Virus record (IMG/VR): IMGVR_UViG_3300036760_000689
Span: 1 to 64,000 of that record
DNA length: 64,000 nucleotides
Origin: a virus
Direction: 5' to 3' (one strand)
Shown here: positions 29,101-38,600 of the stretch, one piece after another
How the letters are laid out: each line of letters starts with the position of its first letter
How positions within the stretch are numbered: position 1 is the first letter of the stretch
The notes under the pieces: model-generated
The model's input: the letters and a program-made list of their open reading frames with translations, nothing else
The model's database searches: none
Told to the model about the DNA's origin: nothing
Translations under genes and position numbers: made by a program

Positions 29101-29896
29101 CATCCCAGTATTTTCTGAGTCCCAATTTGTGCGCCGCCTTGATTGCTGGATCAGAATGGCTTGCCCGTGATCCGGCACTGATCGCCGCCTTAACATCCTC
29201 ACTGTGTCGTTTTCCGAGCATCCCTCTTGGATGGATCTCGTAATGCGGCGGACGAAGCCTTCCGTGCAAGGCCCCGTGATCAACACTTAACATTCTAGCG
29301 ATGTTGAGAGGATCATTATTGAGTGGGTCGAGGTCGATATGATGGGGATCCTCGTTGTCCAACAATGGACTGCCGGAGGTGAACGCGGCAACCATTCGGT
29401 GTTCGCCTTCAAGGTTTCTATCTTGATGTACAATGGCAGCATACTTGCCATCCCTTATCCTTCGCGTCAGAGGCATGATTCGATCTCCTGGCCGCAACTC
29501 TCCAAGAGGTCGCCATGTGCCGTCAATGAGCATGATCAGGTGTTCTTTCGTTCCTATTAACTCTGCGGGAGGAGCAAAGCGACCTTTGGGCCTGGTGAAT
29601 CGCACCCTGAATACATCTTTGATCCCCGTACTCCAAACCTGCGATGCATGATTGAGAATAGTTTTCCTTGATTCTCTGTCATGCGAATAAACCAAAGGTC
29701 TCGTTCCGACCAATTCCTTGATTGGAATTCCGTGGGGGTGAAGAGTCAGGTTTCTCGGAACATCAATCATCGTGTCACCCACGAGACATCCATTCCGTCC
29801 AACGATGGCCACGACATCCCCCCCTACGGAATCAAAAGAGAAATCCACATCTTCGAATGGTCCGATCTGTTTGAGCCGAATCGAGCGGGGTATCAT
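26135..29896 (-). CDS. SbcC/Rad50-like SMC ATPase containing an intein
   Basis: Walker A GRNG|SGKT split by the intein, long coiled coil, LSGGE signature, DEVSGALD, IAH. Confidence 0.9.
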   Translation of the reverse strand: MIPRSIRLKQIGPFEDVDFSFDSVGGDVVAIVGRNGCLVGDTMIDVPRNLTLHPHGIPIKELVGTRPLVYSHDRESRKTILNHASQVWSTGIKDVFRVRFTRPKGRFAPPAELIGTKEHLIMLIDGTWRPLGELRPGDRIMPLTRRIRDGKYAAIVHQDRNLEGEHRMVAAFTSGSPLLDNEDPHHIDLDPLNNDPLNIARMLSVDHGALHGRLRPPHYEIHPRGMLGKRHSEDVKAAISAGSRASHSDPAIKAAHKLGLRKYWDAQDQPWANKELLTQMYCIERLSTVQIADALGVSDHTIGYWLEWFSIPRRSLSESIRIRGQENYWHKQDRPWAEKSQLEQMYLTDRLSAPQIASRFGCTDTCVRNWLRRFGLPIRDRQDSHTVQQFNHKVISIDECGQEETFDMEVPGSHNFIANGVVVSNSGKTMFVESMFASFYRYFPYREASIYKYCRGKDAKISFAFDQGTDHYLSVLQINAEKRSMKVYLYKDGKPIGGEDGNTGPFDEIMQTLFGSSKMVLASSFGSQNKRGSFIELEKADRKALFISMLGLNRLQKISDLAGKHADASQFEMQRLTGQHEMLQVTASKMVPDVETLHNSRDNLRQEVIHAEADYKDVQSIYSALKNKAAILPVITQQMNLLSSRSAKLKTDIATERKVLSDAELIVSQLPMLGDLIAFSEGEIIATKEQIASLANKMAVANAAKNTLLSLKHRHKRLDEDIVTSEDLIVKLKEMADSAPKLRDMAQGLEEGRRNIQALRGELARSQQELATYQRMIKEYAEQTLMIEKTRAESEKIRAVNTITLQRAQRDSLIINVVPCHGEGEYVSCQFLANAIKGRDSIDEISGDIDVAQSRMLACDQQMKQLRRPDPQGQHVIESEIRKTTLAISELERRVAMMERDRDALAKAEAAETKIGEVKQALAGFQMDLSLVNVDIENISFAVAEGEETAKERNKQEAELKKMADSLHGLTVRKVAAEVAEGQMGQIKNRIMNWEADSALVANSLEKTSQEFRSAKAAEDEARRAQISMQEAENHLENRRTNLEVAQNELTRAETILNEILEAHKKSQEIRPHLQKTFQDHRNWNFLAKAFGKMEIQSLEIAAAGPAVSDIANKELLYSCFGPRFSIKFVTQRPTATGGVTDDFDLYVYDAEKNREGSVDDLSGGERTIVSEAAALATALYNRQKSNVGWASIWRDEVSGALDDENAIRYITMLRRARQVGHFSKLFFIAHQSRVVDLADSQIRIEDGCVTVG
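28622..29788 (-). mobile_element. Intein (389 aa) with HNH, NUMOD3 and two HTH repeats, in the SbcC Walker A
   Basis: Starts CLVGDT, ends FDMEVPGSHNFIANGVVVSN|S; internal HHIDLDPLNN HNH motif. Confidence 0.9.
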
Positions 29897-29905
29897 GTTT
29901 CCTCC

Positions 29906-31042
29906 TTAGATCAGATTGCCAGAAACGAGTTCATCTTCGACTTGTCCGAGTTTTTCCAGCATGTCGCGTTGCGTGTCTTCGTCCGGACCGCCCTTGGCCT
30001 GCCATAATGCTTTCAGTTTGTCTGCCGAGGACTGGGCCTTGGCGATCTCCACGGCGATCGCCGCATCCTTCGGAATAATCTGGTGGTTTACTTTCACCTC
30101 CAACGCCCCCAGCGTGTAGAAATCCTTTTCGAGTGAGGCGTCGATCGCTTTGGCGTTTTCGCCTTCCGGGACGGTGTAGATAATCCGCACCCGCGCGCCA
30201 GGTATCCGCGCGCGATACTCTGGATCGTCATAGGTCATCCCATCGGCGATACCCAGATACTCCCCATTCAGCGTGTAGCGGTCGATAGTTTTTAGGCGGA
30301 TCCATTCCACCCCGGCAGTTTTGGTGTCGAGGATTGAGAAATATTTCTCCGGAGTCTCCCCGTAGTCGAGGGCACACACCGATCCGTTATAGAAGAAGAG
30401 CGGATTGTCGAATACCTGTTGAAGGTGGATATGCCCAAGGATGCCAGCGAAGAATCCCGCCTCGGGGAGGTCGTATTGCCCGAAGGTTACGCCCTCCCCG
30501 ATCAGCCTCTGGTGATTTTGCGCTCTCGCTCCAGAGATCAAAAGGTGACCTACCAAAATGTGCTGATCGACATCTGTGATGAGTTGTACGGCATTCTTCA
30601 GGTATTGCAAGGCCAGCGCGCTCACCGTTGCATCGGCCTGTTCAGTGGAGGCTTCGAGGTTCTGTTTCACCCAGCGCGCCTTGGTAATCCATGGCAGCGA
30701 GTGGATGGCTACCGCGTCACGGCCAAAAACCCTGACGTTCGGCAATTCGTCCACCATCACGAGATTTTTCGTTTTCAGTTTCTCAAGGATCCTGAGGTCG
30801 CCTGGCGCATCGTGGTTCCCTTTGACGATCAGAACGGGGGCCGACTCGGCAAGGAATTGAATGGATTCGGCGGCTGGATTGCGCCCCTCCGGATCACTTG
30901 CTCTTTCGTAAACGTCTCCGGTGATCGTGATCAAGTCAACCGCATGTTCTCCGGCTTTCGCTTTTATTTGGCGGAGCGACTGAACAATATCTTCGTCATA
31001 TCCCCCGCAGAAGTGGAAATCTCCTGTGCTCAAAATCAGCAT
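29906..31042 (-). CDS. SbcD/Mre11-like metallophosphoesterase nuclease
   Basis: GDFH, TGDVY, GNHD, GHL, GHIH. Confidence 0.9.
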   Translation of the reverse strand: MLILSTGDFHFCGGYDEDIVQSLRQIKAKAGEHAVDLITITGDVYERASDPEGRNPAAESIQFLAESAPVLIVKGNHDAPGDLRILEKLKTKNLVMVDELPNVRVFGRDAVAIHSLPWITKARWVKQNLEASTEQADATVSALALQYLKNAVQLITDVDQHILVGHLLISGARAQNHQRLIGEGVTFGQYDLPEAGFFAGILGHIHLQQVFDNPLFFYNGSVCALDYGETPEKYFSILDTKTAGVEWIRLKTIDRYTLNGEYLGIADGMTYDDPEYRARIPGARVRIIYTVPEGENAKAIDASLEKDFYTLGALEVKVNHQIIPKDAAIAVEIAKAQSSADKLKALWQAKGGPDEDTQRDMLEKLGQVEDELVSGNLI

Positions 31043-31434
31043 ACCGTTTCTCCTTTCTTGTGAGGACAGATCCCATATAAACCGATTGCTTGATTGCAGT
31101 TAAAGCACAGAAGTCGATATTTGTCTGGACTATATCCTTCTTTCATTATGCTGAGGTAATATCCAGTGCTACTTAAAGCAGATTGCTTTCTGTGTTTATT
31201 ACCGCCGCCGCCAATATGATCTATGGACAAAAATTCATAAATACTTTCTCCACAACAAGTGCATTTGCTTCCATATATTGCGATTATCCGCTCTCTTAGT
31301 GTTTTACGGTAGTCGCATTGCATCTTGTTGTATTTTTCTCTATTTTTTAGACGCCAAATACGATGGTAGGCATCTCTTTCCGATTTATGGTCACGATAAT
31401 ACCTCTTGAGATAAGAACTGCGATCGCATTCCAT
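31036..31434 (-). CDS. Free-standing HNH-type endonuclease
   Basis: CTCC..LSIDHIGGGG..YRLLCFNCN. Confidence 0.8.
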   Translation of the reverse strand: MECDRSSYLKRYYRDHKSERDAYHRIWRLKNREKYNKMQCDYRKTLRERIIAIYGSKCTCCGESIYEFLSIDHIGGGGNKHRKQSALSSTGYYLSIMKEGYSPDKYRLLCFNCNQAIGLYGICPHKKGETVC

Positions 31435-31687
31435 TAGCGAACGTCAAAGTAAAGGTTTTTACAACATGGGTAAATGTCAGTGTTTGTGTTGATTCTAGTG
31501 ACTCCGGATCCGAGGTTATAAAGCCTGTAGCCGATCCCTTTGCCAGTCAACCGAACGATTAGAACCTGCATAGCTGGCCTGATTGCCGTCGTCACGTCTA
31601 CGGATCCTGTCTTCTAATGTCCATCCAAAATAGAATTGATCCAGTTAGGATTTATCCTTATCGCCATGGGCTAGGTCTTTTCTTGTG

Positions 31688-33811
31688 TCAAACTGGGTTA
31701 TGGTCTGGATACTCGTTGAGGCGCTTTTCGATGGCCTCAAGTTCCTCGTCCCTTAATGCAACTAGAGGCAACTTGTTTGGCGAATGCTCGAATCGGCTTT
31801 TGCCGAGCTTCTTAAGATACAGTGCTTCGATTCGAACGATCATTGCCTCTCGCGTATCTGGCGCGGACGGAGGCAGATCATCATCATCATCATCAAAGGG
31901 CGGAGGTTCTGGCACGGAAACCCCGGTAGCATCCATCGGTGGTTCAATCACCAATGGGCGCGGAACAACCTCTGGGATCTGAGCGGGGGCCGAATAACTG
32001 GGAGCTATGCCAAGAGCCTGATCATACATCTCCGAAGTTACTCCAGTTTGCTTCATGATGACGAGCTTCCTGATAAAAGGATCGTTCATGTTCAAGGGAG
32101 CTGGAATCGTCTTCAAGATAACAAACGGCTTGGCTAAATCCTGGAGGCGGAAACCAGACTGAATCCCGAGCAGGGTCCGGCGAACCCTGTTCATAGCCTT
32201 GGTATTGCCGGTGATACAAATCTGGCCATCCAAGCGCATGACCCAGGTTTCATAGAGGGTCGTTGGACACCAAACCGGCTCAGGACTTCCGAGGGGCGAG
32301 ATTTCCAAGCCGCCGATAGCAATGTTTGGCCTTCTCCACAGGGTTTGTTCTACAACAACGCGCTCGCGTTCAGGACCCAAACCATACCCTTCCAGCGCAG
32401 CTAAGATCTGAAAGGCATCGAGTACAGGGCCGCGTTTCTGCGTAAACACCCAGCAGTTCCCGTGCCGAGTCCCGTCGCCCATGAGCATTGCCTCAAGCAT
32501 GGCCTTGCGCGCCGGGGCGCTAAGGGCAGTGGCAAGCCGAGGGAGGTCAGCCTTCCCTTCAATACCGGCTCTAGCAAATAGCGATCGCCAGTATGCAGCG
32601 TGAAGACAGAATTGCACCCCCCGATGTGTGGCATAAGTCTTTCCCGTAGGGAAAGTCCTTAAGTTGGCCCCAGAAACAGACTCGCTATAGCTCCCGAGAG
32701 GTAGGAGGCTGCGGATGGCATCGGCATTCGGTCCTTCTACCTGCGTAATGTGAGCACGCATAAATGGTTCGTACGGGCCGTAGCGCATGCCATTGTGAAC
32801 AGAATGGGTCATCGTCTCTCGCACGCATCCCTCTGTCACAATCCATCCCAGGATCGCAGCATCGACTGGGGAAAGCGGATGATCCCCAGTCGGACCAGGA
32901 GCTGCTGTCACTATGCGCTTTAGGGCACGCGAGGCACCAAGCAAGTCTGATGCCTTGACGAGAGCAATCCGACTATTCTTATTCCTAACTCCAAACCGCG
33001 ATCGTACCACCCATGAATGGTTCGGGGTGCAGATGGTCGAGAAACCTCGTCGTTCGAGCCTTACGGTATCAACTCGTTCGAAGACACTAATATTCTCCAA
33101 TGGGGTCCACAAACAGCGATCGCTCCCGCAGTCATAGGCAAGTACGGACTCTCCGAGCGAGAGAGACGAATAACGCTTCCACCCATGCTTGGTCAATATT
33201 TCCGCTCGGATAGGCACGCATTCCGCTAGGGCTACGATATTCTGCCGCGAGCGGACGAGTTCAAGATCCTTGAGTTTCTTTGCCTGCGGAGTCCCGTCAT
33301 TGAGATCCAGTTCATAGGTCTGTTCTGAGTTGCGGATCGTGCCATCGATATCCTCAATTTCAGCACGGGCCGTCGTTTTGGCATGGAGAGGATCATAACG
33401 GGTGGTTCTGGTCTGGGGATCCATGCCCGCTGGTACCAAGCCAGATTGAATTTTCCAATTCGTCAAACCGGCCAAGGCATCAAGACGCTGAAGACCGATT
33501 TTGGTGAGCGCCAGTTTGCCGGTTTCTTTCACATCGTAGACCTCACCTTCGACGTATTCCTTGCCATCATCGGTTTTTTTGGTGGAGATTGAGGCAATCC
33601 GAAGGACAGGGATCCGGCCAGCATATGCTATCAACTGGGGGTCTAGGTTGGTCCTCGCCATGGGAGTCAAGACGTGCGCCTTGTCTCTCAACGAGACGAT
33701 CTGTTGCTGTACCTTCTGGATTTCTTGGAAAATGCTGTTGAGGTTGGTAACCTGGATGGCTACCGTCTCTGGTGGAATTAACGCTAACTGTTGGCTCTTT
33801 TGATCTTGCAT
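31688..33811 (-). CDS. Putative recombination/annealing protein with intein
   Basis: First gene of the recombination operon; spliced motif AE|TKAMNRVRR; Pro/Asp-rich tail. Confidence 0.55.
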   Translation of the reverse strand: MQDQKSQQLALIPPETVAIQVTNLNSIFQEIQKVQQQIVSLRDKAHVLTPMARTNLDPQLIAYAGRIPVLRIASISTKKTDDGKEYVEGEVYDVKETGKLALTKIGLQRLDALAGLTNWKIQSGLVPAGMDPQTRTTRYDPLHAKTTARAEIEDIDGTIRNSEQTYELDLNDGTPQAKKLKDLELVRSRQNIVALAECVPIRAEILTKHGWKRYSSLSLGESVLAYDCGSDRCLWTPLENISVFERVDTVRLERRGFSTICTPNHSWVVRSRFGVRNKNSRIALVKASDLLGASRALKRIVTAAPGPTGDHPLSPVDAAILGWIVTEGCVRETMTHSVHNGMRYGPYEPFMRAHITQVEGPNADAIRSLLPLGSYSESVSGANLRTFPTGKTYATHRGVQFCLHAAYWRSLFARAGIEGKADLPRLATALSAPARKAMLEAMLMGDGTRHGNCWVFTQKRGPVLDAFQILAALEGYGLGPERERVVVEQTLWRRPNIAIGGLEISPLGSPEPVWCPTTLYETWVMRLDGQICITGNTKAMNRVRRTLLGIQSGFRLQDLAKPFVILKTIPAPLNMNDPFIRKLVIMKQTGVTSEMYDQALGIAPSYSAPAQIPEVVPRPLVIEPPMDATGVSVPEPPPFDDDDDDLPPSAPDTREAMIVRIEALYLKKLGKSRFEHSPNKLPLVALRDEELEAIEKRLNEYPDHNPV
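32204..33220 (-). mobile_element. Intein (339 aa) with LAGLIDADG-type endonuclease
   Basis: Starts CVPIRAEILT, TPNHSW block B, ILGWIVTEG and AMLMGDGT motifs, ends VWCP...ITGN|T. Confidence 0.88.
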
Positions 33812-33874
33812 ATGCCCTCCTAAGGCATCAAGGTTGACCTATTCGTAGTCGGCGGAGGGCCGAAACGATGTTGT

Positions 33875-33904
33875 TTTATAGCATGTGGAAATTCTTTTTG
33901 TCAA
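33875..33904 (-). promoter_or_regulatory. Sigma70-type promoter for the replication/recombination operon
   Basis: Minus strand TTGACA-18 nt-TATAAA with TG extension. Confidence 0.6.
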
Positions 33905-33920
33905 CAACCAAATCGGCCGA

Positions 33921-33956
33921 ACAACAAAAGGGCTGGAGCGGGGTGCTCCAGCCCTC
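33921..33956 (-). terminator. Intrinsic terminator
   Basis: AGGGCTGGAGC-5-GCTCCAGCCCT followed by TTTGTT on the minus strand. Confidence 0.7.
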
Positions 33957-34015
33957 CTGACAAGTTGAATGCCCTCTGAAAATCATAGGCCGATCAGGTC
34001 AGCAACGGCCAAGCC

Positions 34016-34044
34016 GTTTCAATCCACGCCCGCGCGCGGGCGAC
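34016..34044 (-). CRISPR. Solitary type I-C-like CRISPR repeat (no array, no cas genes)
   Basis: GTCGCCCGCGCGCGGGCGTGGATTGAAAC: GTCGC start, GC hairpin, GCGTGGATTGAAAC 3' end. Confidence 0.7.
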
Positions 34045-34129
34045 TACTTACGGGTTGTCCCAGAAGAATCATCGTGGAAGCGAATAGAGCCAGCAGAATC
34101 ATCAAAACCGTCACTGCGATTCTGAGCAT
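34019..34129 (-). CDS. 36-aa hydrophobic peptide MLRIAVTVLMILLALFASTMILLGQPVSSRPRAGVD
   Basis: AAGGAG RBS 8 nt upstream; one TM helix; below the ORF-track cutoff; stop codon lies inside the CRISPR-like repeat. Confidence 0.55.
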   Translation of the reverse strand: MLRIAVTVLMILLALFASTMILLGQPVSSRPRAGVD

Positions 34130-34322
34130 GCACGTACTCCTTTCGCTTGTTGCGTTTATTTCAATTTACATTGGTATGCAACAGACTGAGATCAATGTCA
34201 ACCGCTTTTTTTCAGCAAGATAACGCCCTGGGCGACAAGAAATATTCCGACGACCAAACCGCCGATAAAAGCCAACAGCGCACATAGAACGTATCCCATG
34301 ATTCACCTCACGAAAAGAGGAA

Positions 34323-34796
34323 CTACTTTTTATTCCATTGGAATCCACTTTTGTCCAGTGACCTGAATCCGGCATATCCTAAATAGCCGCTACCAAAAAG
34401 CCAATATGCCTCTGAAGGAATATTCAAGGGGACCAGAGTGGTTGCCCCGCGAATCATCTCGATCACTGGAAGGATGATGAAATTGAAGGTGATCACGGCA
34501 TACATGATGTAAAGAAATGTAGGGCGAGAGCGGGAAACAAACTTGTCGCCGCTTTTTGCTTCTGCCTGAATATTAGCGGAAGCTGCTTCCGTTTCTTTTG
34601 CTTGGAGGTCAGCAAGATGCTGCTCCATTTCGAGTTGCATTTTCTGCAACTCGAAGGCGTTTTGATCCAATGCTTCCTGGATCTTTGCCTTCTCTGTGGG
34701 ACTCACCTTGATACGATCGAGGATCCCAAGGACAAGATCTTTAATCCCGCCTCCGCCGCCAGTGATGGCAGAGATAATACCTCCGAATGCTCCCAT
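34323..34796 (-). CDS. Holin (3TM/GTA-holin-like)
   Basis: AEAKS..FV.RSRP, TM helices, GYLGYAGFRSLDK; adjacent to lysozyme. Confidence 0.8.
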   Translation of the reverse strand: MGAFGGIISAITGGGGGIKDLVLGILDRIKVSPTEKAKIQEALDQNAFELQKMQLEMEQHLADLQAKETEAASANIQAEAKSGDKFVSRSRPTFLYIMYAVITFNFIILPVIEMIRGATTLVPLNIPSEAYWLFGSGYLGYAGFRSLDKSGFQWNKK

Positions 34797-34817
34797 GCCG
34801 TTCTCCTTCGCTTGGCT

Positions 34818-35249
34818 CTATCTTACACCCGTTTTCATTTCCTCCGCAAGTCTTGTCGCCCGGACTCCGACCTGCGTTGCCCAGGTGGAATTTAGCATCT
34901 CTATTGCCGCTATGCTATATTCCTTATTCTGGATCGCCCTTAGCGTGCGTTCGAATTTTAATAGGCCATAAATCCCCAAGTTGAAGCACATGTTGGCCAA
35001 TACCGATTGGCGTACAAGGTCGAGATCATTAAACCAAGGAAGAGCTTGGGTAAGCTGGCCAATGACCTCGGCCACATCGTTGGATAACCGCAGTTCTGCC
35101 TCGGCCAAACGTATAGGGCAAATCTGAATTGCCCAACCGTAACCGATGGTCAGATTCCCTGTAGAATCCATGTAGGTTTTACCCCGAAACCCCTCGTCAA
35201 CTTTCAATGCTTCTTTGGTCAATTGTATAAGGGCAACTATATCCATCAT
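34818..35249 (-). CDS. Endolysin, GH24/T4-like lysozyme
   Basis: DEGFRGKTYMDSTGNLTIGYG, NMCFNLG, EMLNSTWATQVG.RA.RL. Confidence 0.92.
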   Translation of the reverse strand: MMDIVALIQLTKEALKVDEGFRGKTYMDSTGNLTIGYGWAIQICPIRLAEAELRLSNDVAEVIGQLTQALPWFNDLDLVRQSVLANMCFNLGIYGLLKFERTLRAIQNKEYSIAAIEMLNSTWATQVGVRATRLAEEMKTGVR

Positions 35250-35256
35250 TTGCCTC

Positions 35257-35640
35257 CTATGGTTTTCCTCGCCAGAGTTTTATCAAATCGCTCAAATGCT
35301 CAAGCAGGAGCAAAGCTATAGCACCGGCAACGACCATAATGTAAGGTTTTATTTCCGTCCACCATTTTGTCGAGGTTTGCTTTATGGCATCTGAGGTTGC
35401 AGCCGCCAGTCGGACATCAATCTCCAACTCATTGATTTTAGACTTCGCTGGACAATCGGTTGCATGACTGACCAGCGCTAATTCCGAAGCCCTCAATCCT
35501 TCGAAAAGTTCACCGATATGACCGTTCGCCTTGTCAAAACGTTTGTTAAGTCCTTCGACAGATTCGACAATGCTTTCAACCTTGGTTTCCAACCGGGTCA
35601 CCCCGCCCAACATCGTATCGTGAAATTGCTGAGTGTCCAT
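35257..35640 (-). CDS. Coiled-coil protein with C-terminal TM helix (lysis-associated)
   Basis: TM segment YIMVVAGAIALLLL; upstream of lysozyme. Confidence 0.6.
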   Translation of the reverse strand: MDTQQFHDTMLGGVTRLETKVESIVESVEGLNKRFDKANGHIGELFEGLRASELALVSHATDCPAKSKINELEIDVRLAAATSDAIKQTSTKWWTEIKPYIMVVAGAIALLLLEHLSDLIKLWRGKP

Positions 35641-35676
35641 CTTTTCTCCTCTTCGGTATCCCCTGAGTGCCGTCGT

Positions 35677-38600
35677 TTACTCGGGCGGTTCGGGCAATCG
35701 TAATGGCGACTCCCCAGTCGGGGGAGGCATCATCCTTCTAACCTTTGTCGCTTTATATTCCTGAAGCGTCTTTTTGGCAATCGCATTCATCTGAGCCTGT
35801 TTGGTTCTGATGAAGGTGTCGATTTGCGTCTTGGTGTATTTCGGATTCTTTTGCATCGCATCGATCTGTTTCTGGTAGGCCGTCAATATCCTTGCACAGC
35901 CGGCAAACTTAGGTGCAAAAAAAGCATTGGGATAGAGTTGGGAAGCTTCCGCATAGGACATGCCCTTTTTCATCTGGTAATCGCGGACCCGTTTATCTCG
36001 CGTAACTTCCGCGTTGGCAATAAAGAAATCCGCCACCTCAGCTCCCGCACCCCTCTTTGCTTCACGACTTTGGGCTTGTTCTTTGAGTTGCAAACGCTCA
36101 GGTCTTCGTTCCTCCTCTGTATGGCCATATCCAGTACTCTCGTTGATGACCCTTCCGGCCAACCGTCCAACCGTTGGATCTATTTGCGTTAATATTTGGT
36201 AAAAGCTCTTATTGCTTATATCGTAGGTTTGGAAATTGCCAAGACCCAACTGGTTCAACGAGAACAGTACGAGTTTGCCCGCCATGGCCGGTTTGTCTCC
36301 CGCTTCATATACATCGCGCGGAAAAATGGGCATACCGCGATAGGTATCTGGCGGGTTCTGGCCTGCCAACGCTCGACCCACGGTGATCGGAATCTGGATC
36401 CAGGGAGTGGGCGATGGCAATTGCGACACAACATGATTATATATGTTTGTCAGCATTTCCGGATCGTCTTTGGCATATCCATCCATCAGTTCGTTTATGA
36501 TCCCCCAAAGCATCCTGCATCCTTCGTCCAAGGGTACTTGAAAGCTGATCGCTTCCCCTAACCTGTTCAGGCCGAACAGAACGTTGAGATACATCCGCTT
36601 TTTATAACCCGTGATGCCGTCCCAGGCCCACTTGATCTTTTTGCCCCAATAGGGACCAAAGATCTTGACGGCGTAATATCCGAAAATCAAGTTCGCCGCT
36701 ATCAGCACGCTCAGGACTTTCATCGTTCTGTGGAAGAATCCCGATCTGGTTACGGGATCAGCGATAAGATTAATCTCGCTGTGCCATCCCTGGATGAACA
36801 TAGTCGGAAACGCGAGGAGCCGGTTGAATGTCTGTCCCCAACTTCCCTTGCGATACCATGCCGGGGTCCCTGTGTTGCGCCGCATGTTCATGCCAAGTCT
36901 TGGCCCGGTTTCCCCTGCGGCCACCCGGACTTGATGGCCACTAACCTTACCCAAGGTTTCCGCGAACTCTGCGACGTAGGCAAGTCCGCCCAAAACATTC
37001 TTGGCCCCACGGTACATCCTTATCGTAGCGCGCTTATCCAACGTCCCGTTTGGCCTGTAGATTCCTGCGCGCTTCATTGTTAGATTGAAGGCGTCATGCT
37101 CATATTCGGTCTCGGGGGCTTCCAACGTCGGAGCTGATATTTCGTCGTTTCTGATCATCTCACGCAAGAGTGGATCCCCGTGATTCTTCATGTGCCGATA
37201 TACATGAATGAAGGAGCGCCTGTAGGCATCGAGGAGATAAGTAAAATCTCCAGCCCCCCATTCACGCCAGAGCTTCTGAAGCATATTCCCGGGAAGAAGC
37301 TCAAAAGGCAACGCCCTGAAATTTTTCACAAAGTCCCTGACTGGATTGCCAAACGCACCGAAGGACAAGTTGTAAAGAATAATGACCTTCCACCAGAGTT
37401 TGTGAACCAGATTCATCCACTGCGCCCAATCCTGTAGGGCCTCAGCGTTCGGATGATTGATCCCATCGGCCAGGTACTTATCCACCCAATATCCCTGTCG
37501 CCTGCCATCCTCCATCATCTCAACGATGTCAAATCCCTCAACGGCCTTACCATTGGCATCCACGGGGCGTTCCCAAGTTACTGCGATGTCGGTAGGATGC
37601 TGTCGTTTGGCCTTATAGATTTCATCTGGCCAGAATTGTTTCCAATTTTCGATAAATGACCGGCGCGCACCATAGACGACTATCATTTTGATAAGGGCAA
37701 ACCGCATTTTGAGATCAGATAGAATCGGGTTTTCAAAGGCCCCCGTATAGCCGATCTGGGCCTTTACTGTCGGGCTGACGTATTGATCGATATATTTTTC
37801 GGCCACGAATTTGACGTAGTTGTACTTGTCCTCCTCGAACTTTTTACGCGCTCGCTCTGGATAAATCTGGAGATCGAATCCTTTTTCCACGAGTTCCCAG
37901 GTAATGTCCTCATAGGCATGAGCAGCTTGTTCCAGAGCTGCGAATTTTTCGGGACCAATCCGCTCCTGGAATCGGTCCAATGTTTCTGCCGCAAATTCTC
38001 CACCAACAATTTTGGGATTGGCCACATCCGCGCGCCCGGTCGCAGTTCTGTGGAGATACATGTAGAGACCCAAGACGATGTGTGGCCCATAATGCTCCGC
38101 CGTCAGATCCTGGTAGATCGTGCCAGCAATACTGGGCAAGTCCGACGCCTTGAAACCCAAATCCTCGATCGTGATTCCGGCCTTCTCGATGATTTCCTGC
38201 ATTATCTCGCGGTTGACCCTATCGGCGAATTCCCATGTTCTGTTGGCAATGTTGAACGGGAGCGCATCGTATTTGATCTCGGGATTGTCTTTGTCGTCGA
38301 TGGCAGTGGGTTTATACTTCAGCAACCCCTCAATGTGTTTGTCGAGCATCCATAAGCGATAGACGAGTTTGCCCTTGACGCTTCCTATGAATCCCTGGCC
38401 CTTTAGTGGTTCTTTCAACTCCACAGCCGCAGATGATCTTTCCGCATCTACCAACATACCGAGCGTTCTGACCAGCCGATCGTCCAACTTTTCTTCCGTA
38501 GCTCCCGCCATCATTGCCCGGAGCTTGAGGTACTCCGTTTTCACATCTGGCTTGGTATCCATGTGGGCATGGAACTCCCGATAAAACTTTGGCGCATACT

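Noticed and set aside
31434-31688. Group I intron around the HNH gene
   Set aside because: Both flanking genes appear intact and I could not identify intron core elements.
34170-34201. Promoter for the peptide/solitary-repeat transcript
   Set aside because: A perfect minus-strand TTGACA is present but there is no convincing -10 at 16-18 nt, so it is not listed as a feature.
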